Virus record (IMG/VR): IMGVR_UViG_3300042301_003932
Reading direction: 5' to 3' (one strand)
DNA from: a virus
Length of the DNA stretch: 64,000 nucleotides
Position numbers and translations under genes: made by a program. Numbering within the stretch: position 1 is the stretch's first letter; every line of letters begins with the position of its first letter. Below are positions 40,054-50,441 of the stretch, piece by piece. The notes below the pieces were generated by a model. It was given only the letters and a program-made list of their open reading frames with translations. It ran no database searches and had not been told where the DNA came from.

Positions 40054-40386
40054 ATGGCAGTTTTTAGATCCGTATCATCACAAAGAATAATCAATGGTAA
40101 TTTAATTGAAACTTCAGATTCTGCAATAGTCTCAAACCCATCATACGAAGTAAATGGGGAGTACGTAATAATTACAAAAGGGATTCAAGATTGTGTTGTT
40201 ATATTAAATGAAAACACAAGTGACCATGTAGTTATAAAGTCATTGACAAATACGTTAGTAAAATCAAGTAAATTAATAGACGATGAATTTAACGAGATTG
40301 AATTAGGTAAAGGTTCTTGTGTTGAATTTAAATACGTTAATGGTGGTTGGTACATACTCTCTTCTGACGGACTAAAGGGGTCTTAG
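40054..40386 (+). CDS. Hypothetical beta-rich protein
   Basis: 110-aa ORF co-oriented with the neck gene; ends GGWYILSSDG. Confidence 0.7.
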   Translation: MAVFRSVSSQRIINGNLIETSDSAIVSNPSYEVNGEYVIITKGIQDCVVILNENTSDHVVIKSLTNTLVKSSKLIDDEFNEIELGKGSCVEFKYVNGGWYILSSDGLKGS

Positions 40387-43283
40387 TCAAAAACTAAAGA
40401 CATTAAATCCCCGTCTTCATCAAATTCATATATCTCCTCATCATCAACCTTACTTTTAGACACTCTAGTTTTCATTAACTCCATATTACTATTAACATAA
40501 TCAGTATTAACTAAATTAATTGTGTCGTCAATATACATATAATAAGGGTTAATACCTGTTGATTGCCAAAATGATATTTCCATATCAGATAATGTTAAAA
40601 CCTCATCTAAATTATCTTGATCTTTTTCTTTCATTGGGTAACCTCTACCTAATTCAGTTTGTGATTTGGTAAAAATTGGTTGGTCTTTTGGATCCTCAAT
40701 TAAAATGTCTTTTCTAATATCAGGACTATAAACAACAAGTAATGGTTCAATTCTTTTATTAAACGCCGCCAAATATCTTGGAACGTTGTACTCACCTAAT
40801 AAGTCGGGGTTATTTTCAATTTCCTTTTCATCAATTAAATAACAATTTAAAATAACCTCACTTTTAGATAACATTTCAGGTGGTATTGATCCATGAATTT
40901 TTGTATAATCCTCTATTTGTTTTTTAGTCATTTTTGTAGTTTTTTTCTGAACATCACCATGTGACTTTTTTTCACCATTATTAACATAATATATTGTGTC
41001 ACCTAAACCTGGTTTTTTTCCTGCGTTCATTAAAAGTTCCATATGTGCCTGTCTCGACATTAAACTTCCCGCCTTTGTTGTTTTTGTAATATGTACTTTA
41101 TAATCATCTATTGATTGTTTAACACGAGACTTGTTTGCAATCTTCGCCAATGGTATTTCTCTATTATAAATTTTACTTACGTACTCATAATAGAAATCTA
41201 AAAACTCACCACCCTTACCATCAAGTAACATTCTAAGACCTTTATCCAAAAATTCAGCAACGTATGTTTGAAGTTTTTTAGATTTAATTGAGTTACCTGT
41301 AAGTTTAACTTTACCCTTATCTGTAAGAAGTGCGTAGTTTTTACGAGCCACGTTAATTGTTGCTGGCCATACACCATCAATATCAAGACCCATTTCATTT
41401 CTCATAAATAAGTCATTGTATTCTGCAACATCGGCCTCTGCACCAACATAAACCTCACCCTCATTCACTAATCCGTTAAGGCCTTTACCCACATATGTAT
41501 AATTTTCTCTATCAACAGGAGTTTCAAAGTTTACACCATCGGTATCCATTACCAAAGGAACGTAACCCCGTTTCATAAAATACATAATCATCTGTCTAAG
41601 GTACTGTCTACCGGTACACGTAATTTGTTCTCCCATGTCGATGTCACCCCACGGGAATACGTGTGGTGCAGATAGTGATCCAAAGAATGCGTTGATAAAG
41701 ATTTTGATTGGTAACTGTTTTCTGTCGTATGAGACAGAAAGTTTCGGATCCGTTTTTTTAAATTCACTTGCTAAGTTTTTATATTTTATACGAGTATCTC
41801 TAAAGTACTTTAACATACTCTTCATCGCTCCTGTTACATCACAAGTGGGGAATACGTCGTGAACTAACTGAATAGAGGGGTATAGTGATGAGTAGTCAAG
41901 TTTTAATACCTTTCTTGAATAACCAACCTGAACTAACCTTGAAAGTCCACCCGTAAACTTTCTTTTCTCTTTTTTCTTAGGTAAAGCCAAATTGTTTTTA
42001 TATGACCATGCACACATAATCATTTTCCATAATGTTGCGGTACCCATTGTTGAAAGTCTTTCATAAGTTGTTGGTACCAGTTTAGAAAGTAAGAAGTTTG
42101 CTTGGTTGAACTGTTCGTCAACAACCATCGTTTCATAAAGGTCATCGTCAAGGTAGTCTTCAATAATTTTTGAACCTGATGTTAGTTTATAGACATCAGT
42201 TCTTCTTGAACAAACCTCATCTATTTTTTCATTAATACCTACTTTTTTATAATTACCATTTTCTATATTCATCCAATAGTCTTCATTGTCAAAATATATT
42301 TTACCAATTTTATCACCCTCAACATAAACACGATTTTCTTTTTCTGCCTCAATAAACTTGGTAATGTATTTCAATGACCAACTTTTAATATCTGAGTTAA
42401 TCGCTTGTGCTCTACGAACTGCATGTGCAATGTCCACAATGTTATAACCCCACATTTGAGTCTGAACATAAGGTTCCATCTCATTTGCCAATTTTAAAAT
42501 TCCGTCTTTTTGTTTTAATGAATAATCGGGATTTAAAGTTTTGGATATTTTTTTAATGTTTAGATTTAATATTTCGGCCCGTTTTAAAATAAACGGGAAG
42601 TCAAAGAAGGCTGAGTTGTAACCACCAATAAGAGAAGGTTTTAATTCGTCAATTGTTTTGAAAAACTCAATAATCATTTGTCTTTCTTCATCTTCATTTT
42701 GTGCCGATAATAATTTTAGAAAACCACGATTGTCTTTCATTCCAATCAAGAACATTTTACTTGTCTTGGGATCTAAACCTGTGGTCTCAATATCAAATAC
42801 AAACCTGTGGATTTCGTCATACTCATCAAAACCTTTAAATAGTCTTTTACTTTTTTGGATGAGGTATTGTTCTACCGGTGATAGTATTGTTATACAATCT
42901 GAATTATCTCTTCCCCATGGATCAAGACCACCACCTTTAAAAAAGTTTACAAGGTTTGAATATGATTTTGTTGTTTTTACCAAGAACGTCAAACCATTCT
43001 TTAATCTTTCATCCCCGTGATCTTCTAATTTTTCTATTATAATGCCGTTTTCAGACATCGCCTTTTTTTGAAAGTCTTTATTACCTTTATAAAAGTTTTT
43101 ACTTCTAAGGTCACCAACCCAAGCAAATGGAATAAATGTATCCATTCTTAAAAGTTTACCTTTAATTGGGTCTTGAATTACTTTAAATATTTTATCTGAT
43201 TTGTAATCGTATTCAATTGCGACAATGTATTTCTCGTCGTCTTCGCCATGTAAAAAGCGTTCAATTTCTTCTTGTGGAACCAT
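40383..43283 (-). CDS. polB: Family B DNA polymerase
   Basis: Exonuclease motifs FDIETTG, GYNS..FD and YLDDD; polymerase motifs DYSSLYPS, K...NAFFG, MDTDG and KNYA. Confidence 0.93.
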   Translation of the reverse strand: MVPQEEIERFLHGEDDEKYIVAIEYDYKSDKIFKVIQDPIKGKLLRMDTFIPFAWVGDLRSKNFYKGNKDFQKKAMSENGIIIEKLEDHGDERLKNGLTFLVKTTKSYSNLVNFFKGGGLDPWGRDNSDCITILSPVEQYLIQKSKRLFKGFDEYDEIHRFVFDIETTGLDPKTSKMFLIGMKDNRGFLKLLSAQNEDEERQMIIEFFKTIDELKPSLIGGYNSAFFDFPFILKRAEILNLNIKKISKTLNPDYSLKQKDGILKLANEMEPYVQTQMWGYNIVDIAHAVRRAQAINSDIKSWSLKYITKFIEAEKENRVYVEGDKIGKIYFDNEDYWMNIENGNYKKVGINEKIDEVCSRRTDVYKLTSGSKIIEDYLDDDLYETMVVDEQFNQANFLLSKLVPTTYERLSTMGTATLWKMIMCAWSYKNNLALPKKKEKRKFTGGLSRLVQVGYSRKVLKLDYSSLYPSIQLVHDVFPTCDVTGAMKSMLKYFRDTRIKYKNLASEFKKTDPKLSVSYDRKQLPIKIFINAFFGSLSAPHVFPWGDIDMGEQITCTGRQYLRQMIMYFMKRGYVPLVMDTDGVNFETPVDRENYTYVGKGLNGLVNEGEVYVGAEADVAEYNDLFMRNEMGLDIDGVWPATINVARKNYALLTDKGKVKLTGNSIKSKKLQTYVAEFLDKGLRMLLDGKGGEFLDFYYEYVSKIYNREIPLAKIANKSRVKQSIDDYKVHITKTTKAGSLMSRQAHMELLMNAGKKPGLGDTIYYVNNGEKKSHGDVQKKTTKMTKKQIEDYTKIHGSIPPEMLSKSEVILNCYLIDEKEIENNPDLLGEYNVPRYLAAFNKRIEPLLVVYSPDIRKDILIEDPKDQPIFTKSQTELGRGYPMKEKDQDNLDEVLTLSDMEISFWQSTGINPYYMYIDDTINLVNTDYVNSNMELMKTRVSKSKVDDEEIYEFDEDGDLMSLVFD

Positions 43284-43344
43284 ATTTGTTTTTTTTAAGT
43301 TTGGTGTATTAGCTGTTACACATGGGTAACATTTACCTTCGTCT

Positions 43345-43376
43345 TAAATATAAGAGTAAACCTTACTCTTGTCAAA
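43345..43376 (-). promoter_or_regulatory. Polymerase promoter with a palindromic spacer
   Basis: TTTGACA-N17-TATATTTA; perfect inverted repeat AAGAGTAA-N3-TTACTCTT at 43352-43370. Confidence 0.7.
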
Positions 43377-43725
43377 TAATGTTGATATATAAATTTTCTC
43401 TAATTGGTCCTATTAGTTCTCCGTTTGATAACTCAATTAAAAATTCTCCGATGAATCTACCTTTTTTTGAGGTGTCTTTTCCTCTCCACTTGTAGTAAAT
43501 ATAATATTCTCTTGGTGAGTCGGGATTTCTTCTTTCTTTTTCTGTAAGGTATGCCGGTTGCATAAATATTTTTTGAATCCCGTTATCCTCACTCTTCATT
43601 GAGAATCGGATGTTCGCATTATCCAAAACCTCATAAAAGTTTTTCCAAGAGTCGGTTCTACCATCTCTTACGACATCCATTTTTAAAATGGGTAGATTAC
43701 TATTTTGTTTTATAAAAAACTCCAT
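43372..43725 (-). CDS. Small Ig-like protein (BppU N-terminal-like)
   Basis: FFIKQNSNLPIL...Y.W...DT...G.F.GEF...P....L.I.I pattern. Confidence 0.55.
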   Translation of the reverse strand: MEFFIKQNSNLPILKMDVVRDGRTDSWKNFYEVLDNANIRFSMKSEDNGIQKIFMQPAYLTEKERRNPDSPREYYIYYKWRGKDTSKKGRFIGEFLIELSNGELIGPIRENLYINII

Positions 43726-43739
43726 TTTAATTTTTATGG

Positions 43740-44021
43740 TTATTGTTTTTTAATAATTCTAGCAAATTTATTAGTACCTCTTATTGCTTGAATTTCTTGC
43801 AGTCTGATTTGAATATCTTCCTCAGTTAATTTTAAATTTCTTTTATCACTCAATCTGGTTTTTAAATCATTTTCTGAGTAATTGTTTAAAAGTTTACCTT
43901 TTTCTTCGTTATATTTAGACGGGGTCAAATGTGCTGCGTCTTTATTATTTTCTAACCAAGTATCTTCATCTGCTGATACTAAAAAGGTTTTATCTGATTT
44001 TTTTTGAATTTGTTTTATCAT
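43740..44021 (-). CDS. Hypothetical protein
   Basis: 93-aa ORF overlapping the stop of the upstream gene (ATGA). Confidence 0.65.
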   Translation of the reverse strand: MIKQIQKKSDKTFLVSADEDTWLENNKDAAHLTPSKYNEEKGKLLNNYSENDLKTRLSDKRNLKLTEEDIQIRLQEIQAIRGTNKFARIIKKQ

Positions 44022-44869
44022 GATGGTAATGGTAATGTATATAAAACGTTTATTTCTACTGGTGTGTAGTATAATTCTTCTGAAACATAATCGCCAGGTC
44101 CGAAATCAAAAACAGTAAGAAGAACGGAGTCGTCAATTTCTGTGTCTGTTACAACTTGTGATTGAAAAAGTAAATTTGGGTTTATCACACTTAACCCACC
44201 ATTTTGATTTATATAAGTTTGGGTTGATTCTCTAGGAAATGAATTTTCAGAAGGTCCCTCATCGTTTTGTGCAAAATACACACCAGGAATTGGTTCAGAC
44301 CAACCTACATTAAACCCTAATGTGTTTTCTAATTCTGTAACAACAAAATCTCCAGATGAATTTAATTCAGTACCATTTGTCCATTCGGTAGGGATGAATC
44401 CTGTTGCAATAAAAATACAACCGTTTTGATTTATAGTACCGCTTGTAACATCAGCAATATTTGAAAAATCATCTCCGAGTACACTTGTTATTTGATAAGT
44501 TGCGTTATCATCTCCACCAACCAGCGTAACTTCATCATCAACTAAATAATCTGAGCCTGAACTACTAACACTTACGTTAACCACTACTCCTGATGAAAAT
44601 TCTACATCTAATTGTAAACCTGAACCGTTACCTCCTGTTGTGGTATAAGTAGTAACACCATCAGGATAATTTGTTCCATCATTAGTCATGTTACCATTAT
44701 CAACATATCCCCCCGCATAATTAATTATCTCATACGATTCTCCAATAATTAATTTATTGTCAAAATCTAAGATTTCTGTACCACTCAACGGAGGTGTTTG
44801 TGTTAACAACGCCTTATAGGTTTTGAATGGGTATTGATTTGTTACGTATTTAATTGGTGCACTTGCCAT
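44018..44869 (-). CDS. Virion fibre/decoration protein
   Basis: YKALLTQ; shares a module with 46609..50385; Gly/Ser/Thr-rich; TATTTAT upstream. Confidence 0.65.
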   Translation of the reverse strand: MASAPIKYVTNQYPFKTYKALLTQTPPLSGTEILDFDNKLIIGESYEIINYAGGYVDNGNMTNDGTNYPDGVTTYTTTGGNGSGLQLDVEFSSGVVVNVSVSSSGSDYLVDDEVTLVGGDDNATYQITSVLGDDFSNIADVTSGTINQNGCIFIATGFIPTEWTNGTELNSSGDFVVTELENTLGFNVGWSEPIPGVYFAQNDEGPSENSFPRESTQTYINQNGGLSVINPNLLFQSQVVTDTEIDDSVLLTVFDFGPGDYVSEELYYTPVEINVLYTLPLPS

Positions 44870-44915
44870 TTAATGTTTTTTTATAGTTTTTATTTTGTTT
44901 TATTTAATAAATATT

Positions 44916-45545
44916 TTATTGTTGAAAGTATTTCGCAATTCTTTTACTTAATCTAACTCTTGGATCATTTTCAGTTCTATTTAAAATCTCATAAGGTAAA
45001 ATAAAACCAAAACTCAAAAATACCCTTCTTGAATTAAATTCATTTGTCCAATGTTTATATAGTGATGCTTCAAATCCGTATAAATCGGTTTCTTCTATGT
45101 TGATTGATTCTTTATCAATAAAAAAATTATAGTCTTCTGATAATACACTTATGTTACATTTGTAATTAATATAACCATCAATTGATGCATCATAATGGGG
45201 ATTTATTTTTCCACCTTTATTCATATCAACCGATTGTAGGAAAATATTGTCTTTTGGAAAGTTAAACTCCTCAGATATTCTATCAATTATATTGTGAATA
45301 AATTCAGGTAAGATATCGTTTGAAACGTCAGATATTGATTGAAATTTTGTAATGTAATTTGTTAAAGGTGTTTTAGAAATATCAAACATATAAGATTTAC
45401 CATTAAGTGTTTTAGACAATTCTGTAAGGTGATGGTTACTATCATTACCATTGTGATTAACAGAATCGATCCAATTTACTATTTGGTTTACTTCATCTTT
45501 TGTGATGAATTTTTTTATTGTCTTATATGTTTCCGTATTTTCCAA
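44916..45545 (-). CDS. 2OG-Fe(II) oxygenase
   Basis: HxD (PHYD), distal His (KHW) and RRVFLSFG; N-terminal IKKFITKDE is typical of the family. Confidence 0.75.
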   Translation of the reverse strand: MENTETYKTIKKFITKDEVNQIVNWIDSVNHNGNDSNHHLTELSKTLNGKSYMFDISKTPLTNYITKFQSISDVSNDILPEFIHNIIDRISEEFNFPKDNIFLQSVDMNKGGKINPHYDASIDGYINYKCNISVLSEDYNFFIDKESINIEETDLYGFEASLYKHWTNEFNSRRVFLSFGFILPYEILNRTENDPRVRLSKRIAKYFQQ

Positions 45546-45783
45546 TTTTTTTTAAGTTGTGTTTTTCTAAAAATTCTCTTGGGCTCATTGCCTCAATTAT
45601 TGTTAATTCCGCAGAAGCCATAAGTTGTTTTGCTTTTTCTTCGGTAACTGCCATAACACATAATTTATGTGTTGCCGGTAATTCTCCTGTTGGTGATAAA
45701 TCCATTTTTAATATATTATCATTTTTCATTTTTTCTCTTGCTTGTGAAACTTTACTTTCTTCACATAATATACATATTCTCAT
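45523..45783 (-). CDS. Hypothetical protein (LSPTGELPATH)
   Basis: 86-aa ORF overlapping both neighbours. Confidence 0.65.
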   Translation of the reverse strand: MRICILCEESKVSQAREKMKNDNILKMDLSPTGELPATHKLCVMAVTEEKAKQLMASAELTIIEAMSPREFLEKHNLKKIGKYGNI

Positions 45784-46595
45784 TTTGTTTGATCTTGTGA
45801 TTGTGGATTTATTCTATTTTGTATTAACAAGTTGTAGTTATCTTGTACCCCTTTTTTAAAGTCGGTAAAATTTTTGTTATTTAAAATTTCATCTTTATTA
45901 GTATTAAAAGAAACTCTTTTTAAAACTTCTGTTGTTGTTGTTGCGCTAAAATTATTTGAGTCAACAACCATAATACCTAAAGTACCAATACTATCACCGA
46001 CTATTAAACTGGTCTCTTTACTTATCGTCACATTTTTAACATTGTTTTGATCTGAAATATAATAGGTAAAAGGTTCTAAGAAATCACCAGACTTACTTAA
46101 AATATCTATATTATTTAAGTCGTATTTATTATTAATTAATATCTCTTGTTCAAAAGACACTGAGAATCCTCCTTGTGATTGGCATTCTATACAATCTTTA
46201 AATTCTGTAAGAGTAGATATTGTGGATAAATTTACGTCAGAGTTAGTGACTCCAGAAAATGTAAAACAACCCTCAATATCATCAATTGTTGCTGAATAAA
46301 CACTATTAAGATTAGGTAAAGATGATTGAAGTGATTGTGGAGATATGTAATAATTGATATTATTTGAACAATTATTAAAAATTAATTTAAAATTAACACT
46401 TGATAAACAACTTAAACAACTCACAGTATTTTCTCCTGTTGTTTGCATAACCGAAAGATTAAGTGTTTCTGATTGTGCTTGAAAACAGCCAAACTCTGTC
46501 GGAAAAATGACTCCGGCTCTTAGTTGTCCTTTTTTATCTTCAGATACTCTAATATCTGAAGGGTCTATACAATTTACTGATATCCAATTTGCCAT
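45780..46595 (-). CDS. Cys-containing hypothetical (virion-associated?) protein
   Basis: Two repeats of a C...GCF...CxxC pattern. Confidence 0.65.
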   Translation of the reverse strand: MANWISVNCIDPSDIRVSEDKKGQLRAGVIFPTEFGCFQAQSETLNLSVMQTTGENTVSCLSCLSSVNFKLIFNNCSNNINYYISPQSLQSSLPNLNSVYSATIDDIEGCFTFSGVTNSDVNLSTISTLTEFKDCIECQSQGGFSVSFEQEILINNKYDLNNIDILSKSGDFLEPFTYYISDQNNVKNVTISKETSLIVGDSIGTLGIMVVDSNNFSATTTTEVLKRVSFNTNKDEILNNKNFTDFKKGVQDNYNLLIQNRINPQSQDQTK

Positions 46596-46608
46596 AATTT
46601 CTTTTTTT

Positions 46609-49600
46609 TTAATCTGTTATATTTACAATATTTAATACTGATGATGAATCATAATACGATAATTTAGCACTTCCACCTTGTATGTTAAATATGTTTTTAT
46701 CCATACTCGTATCATAAACATAAGTGGATGAACTAAAATCATTACTATTTATATTATCTGTGATATTATTTTTTTGAAAAGTTCCGTTAATCCTATTACC
46801 ATAAAAGGTATCTCTAATTACGTTATTTGTAAAATCATTACTGATTGAGTTACCTCCAACATTATTTGTTGTGTCATTTCCAAAGTAATTTCCAATTTTG
46901 TTATTTGTAAAGGTACCATCTATTACGTTTTCAGTTCCTGATCCACCATTACCAAAATAATCACCAATATCGTTATTTTCAAATGTATTATTTATTGTAT
47001 TAAACGCCATGTAATTACCGATCTTATTAGAAACAAAATCAGAACTAATTGTGTTACCCACACATACGTTTGATACATTGTTATCAACAAAGTTTGGACT
47101 TAAAAGGTTAAATATAAATTCATTACCTATTTTGTTATTGGTTGTATTTGTATCTGTTACATTAAAAAAGAAATTATCACCGATAACGTTTCCTGAAAAA
47201 CCGGTATTAATTAAGTTACCACCATCAACACCCAAATAATTACCAAAATTGTTTCCAATAACATTTGATTTAAAGTCATCAAAAATTTGATTTGTTAACC
47301 CTGGAGATCCGGTACCGTCATTTCCAAAATTATCAGCAATTGTGTTATTTTGAAAGTTTAATCCAATGGTGTTATTAATAAATAAGTTACCGATATTATT
47401 ACTGTAAAAATCATCATCTATCGTATTATCATAAAAATTATTTTTAATATTATTACTATAAAAATTTTGACCTATGATATTATTATAAACGCTGTCACCA
47501 AAAGAATTATTTTCAAAAGTGTCACCAATAATATTTTGATAAAAACCACCCTTCCAATTATTTCTATAAACACCACCTAAAAAGTCGTTACCAAAAGTGT
47601 AAACACCAATGTCATTGTTATAGGTGTCTCCAGAAAATTCATTTCCACCTACATAGGAATTAATATTATTTTCTTGAAAGTATCCACGAATATAATTTCC
47701 TTTAAATTCATTAAAAATAGTATTATCCGCAAATTCACTACCGTTATTATTTTGTGTGTAGATTGAGTTCCATTCTGTTCCTTCAGGTGAAACATTTTCA
47801 TCCCACGAGTTTTCCAAAACATCATTATAAATTGCTCCACCATTATTTCTTTTTATTTCAAGACGACCAGGAATAATAATATCAACCACATTTTCATAAT
47901 TTGTTTTTGTAAAATAAACTGTTGGTTCAGACGTTGGATAAACTTTTGTTCTTTCATATGAAAATCCTCCACCATTACCACCTTGCGTCCATTGTGTAAA
48001 TTTAACTCTATAATATTCATCATAAGATGTTAATTCAGTTAATTCTGAATTTGAGATCCATTCAGTAGGTGTAGTTCCTGTTGCTATAAAAATACATCCG
48101 TTTGTATTTATAACACCACTTATTACATATGCAACATTACTAAAATCGTCACTACCTTGATAATTTGTAATTTCATATGTTTCATCAATTACTAAATCAC
48201 CGCTAGTTATTGTTGTACCTGAATTACGTAAAAATCTCATTATAAGTTCCTTGCCCAAAATAACATTACCAATGTTATATCCTTCATTGCCGTATAATGA
48301 ATTAAAAAATGTGTCGTAAGTTCTTCCCGTTAAATTTTCAATATTTGTATTATCCCAATTAAAATATTGAGTATCTCCTAACGTGTTTCTTTCAAAGGTA
48401 TTACCAATTTGGTTGCTTTCAAAAAAATAAGAAATACCATTGTCACGAAAATAGTTACCAATTTGGTTATTTTGGAAATAATCACCAATTAATTCATTAC
48501 TTTCAAAATCATTACCTATATGGTTACCATAAAAATTATACCCTATGTTTGGATTATTATAAAAATTGTTACCTATAACATTTTCATAAAAATTACCATT
48601 AAGTGTGTTACTTTCAAAATCATTACCAATTTGATTATTTGAAAAATTTTGTCTAATAGTGTTATTATTAAAATTATTTCCAATTTTATTTTCGTAAAAT
48701 TCAAAATTACTTGTATTACCAGAGTCTCCGATTGTAATATTATTAAAGTTATTTAATATTTCATTACTATAAAAATTAGAATAAATAGTATTAGTATTAA
48801 AATTATTACCAAGTGAATTATCATTAAAATCTCGGTATACCTTATTATTATAAAAATAAGAACCTACTTTGTTATCGTTAAAACTACCATCAATTCTATT
48901 ATTACTAAATTCTACAGTTATGTGATTATTTTGAAAACTGGTATTAATTAAATTTCCGTTGAAAAGGTCACCAATGTCATTATTAAAAAACTCGTTTCCA
49001 GCAAATGTTAAAAAGTTTGCCTGAAAGTAGTTTCCAATTCTATTTTGATCAAAGTCTTGCCCATCGTTGTCCCCTAACATATTATATTGAAAATAATTAC
49101 CAATTTGGTTATCTGCCATATCACAAATGATAATATTATTTCTAAAGTAATTACCAATAGTGTTTCTATCAAAATCGTTTGTGATTATGTTACGATAAAA
49201 ATTATTACCAATAGATAATGCATTCATATCATCATCAAATGTATTATCATATGACTCATCACCTATAGTAATATTTAAATAAGACCCATCAAGAAATACA
49301 TTATTAGATAACAAGAAGGGATTTTCCTGCCAATTATAAAGATTGGCGTAATTTCCAATTTTTACATTAAACACATCTGGAGCTTCAAAAGTTAAATATT
49401 CGGTGTAAGCGGTATTACTAATTATGTTTGTTTTATGAAAACTTCTATAATCATTAAATTGTATCCCTCTAGAATATGGTGTATTATAATTTGATTGAAT
49501 GGTATTACCAGTAACAGTCATTTCGGTTGCCCCACTAATTGTAAGGATTTCGTAGTATCTAAAACATCCTGTTGGGTTACTAAACGACCCTTCATAAACT

Positions 49601-50385
49601 CCCAATACATCACCAACACTAAAGTTATTTGAAAAGTCTGTATCTGATCCAGTAACAAAACCACTACCATCAATACTCAGAGTACCTGAATAGTAGTTTT
49701 CTGAATAATAAAAATCATATCTTTTAAATAAAACGGATCTAAAGTCATAGTCAGTTCTATTTCCTCTTTCATCAATTCTTTCAGTAATTCTACCCTTTGC
49801 AGGATTACCTGTTCTTTCAGTTACGGTAAAAGATATATCGTAAGAAATCTCATCTAAAGGGTATTCTAATGAATATGCTTTAGGTGATAGAGAGTTAACA
49901 CCCGTGGCTAATACAAGTATTGGTTCTGTTGCACCTGTTTTATAGTTGTTACCTACTATTGCATTACCATTTTGGTCAAAATCAGGTTGGTCATAACAAG
50001 TTTGAAAATCATTGATTAGGTAATACAATCCTGAATTTAATGTTTCACCTGTAAATAAATCATATAATTCACTATATGTTACAGACGTATAAATTTCAGT
50101 TATAATTCCTGTTAAATTTGACCCATCACCAAACAATGTAGTAGCACTAAATGTATTGGCAGATAAACCATTTGTGAAATTTGTTGTGCCGGTTACTGTA
50201 CCTCCTGTAAAAGATCCTCCACCAAAATCTTCAAGAGAACCATCTGGATTCTTTTTTTCAAATGACCCACTATTTAAATCAACCCCAACGTAATAAGTGT
50301 TAGTGGTTCCACTTAAATTATTGAAATCTTCTCCTGTAACGTAAATTGTGGTTTTACCATTATTTTGTTGTATTATTCTTCCCAT
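46609..50385 (-). CDS. Tail fibre/spike with Asn-rich beta-helix repeats (N-x-IG-N-x-F-x-x-N)
   Basis: Dozens of NxIGNxF repeats; N-terminal YSEL...LNSGLYYLINDFQT and ITERIDERGNRTDYDFR modules. Confidence 0.75.
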   Translation of the reverse strand: MGRIIQQNNGKTTIYVTGEDFNNLSGTTNTYYVGVDLNSGSFEKKNPDGSLEDFGGGSFTGGTVTGTTNFTNGLSANTFSATTLFGDGSNLTGIITEIYTSVTYSELYDLFTGETLNSGLYYLINDFQTCYDQPDFDQNGNAIVGNNYKTGATEPILVLATGVNSLSPKAYSLEYPLDEISYDISFTVTERTGNPAKGRITERIDERGNRTDYDFRSVLFKRYDFYYSENYYSGTLSIDGSGFVTGSDTDFSNNFSVGDVLGVYEGSFSNPTGCFRYYEILTISGATEMTVTGNTIQSNYNTPYSRGIQFNDYRSFHKTNIISNTAYTEYLTFEAPDVFNVKIGNYANLYNWQENPFLLSNNVFLDGSYLNITIGDESYDNTFDDDMNALSIGNNFYRNIITNDFDRNTIGNYFRNNIIICDMADNQIGNYFQYNMLGDNDGQDFDQNRIGNYFQANFLTFAGNEFFNNDIGDLFNGNLINTSFQNNHITVEFSNNRIDGSFNDNKVGSYFYNNKVYRDFNDNSLGNNFNTNTIYSNFYSNEILNNFNNITIGDSGNTSNFEFYENKIGNNFNNNTIRQNFSNNQIGNDFESNTLNGNFYENVIGNNFYNNPNIGYNFYGNHIGNDFESNELIGDYFQNNQIGNYFRDNGISYFFESNQIGNTFERNTLGDTQYFNWDNTNIENLTGRTYDTFFNSLYGNEGYNIGNVILGKELIMRFLRNSGTTITSGDLVIDETYEITNYQGSDDFSNVAYVISGVINTNGCIFIATGTTPTEWISNSELTELTSYDEYYRVKFTQWTQGGNGGGFSYERTKVYPTSEPTVYFTKTNYENVVDIIIPGRLEIKRNNGGAIYNDVLENSWDENVSPEGTEWNSIYTQNNNGSEFADNTIFNEFKGNYIRGYFQENNINSYVGGNEFSGDTYNNDIGVYTFGNDFLGGVYRNNWKGGFYQNIIGDTFENNSFGDSVYNNIIGQNFYSNNIKNNFYDNTIDDDFYSNNIGNLFINNTIGLNFQNNTIADNFGNDGTGSPGLTNQIFDDFKSNVIGNNFGNYLGVDGGNLINTGFSGNVIGDNFFFNVTDTNTTNNKIGNEFIFNLLSPNFVDNNVSNVCVGNTISSDFVSNKIGNYMAFNTINNTFENNDIGDYFGNGGSGTENVIDGTFTNNKIGNYFGNDTTNNVGGNSISNDFTNNVIRDTFYGNRINGTFQKNNITDNINSNDFSSSTYVYDTSMDKNIFNIQGGSAKLSYYDSSSVLNIVNITD

Positions 50386-50441
50386 TGTTTTTTATTTTAT
50401 AAATATCTTTACTTTTCAAAAACAGATAGAGAATCTAAAAA

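Noticed and set aside
4799-43283. Inteins or introns in RNR, helicase, RecA, SNF2 or PolB
   Set aside because: Lengths are ordinary, conserved motifs are contiguous, and no splice-junction or homing-endonuclease motifs were noticed.
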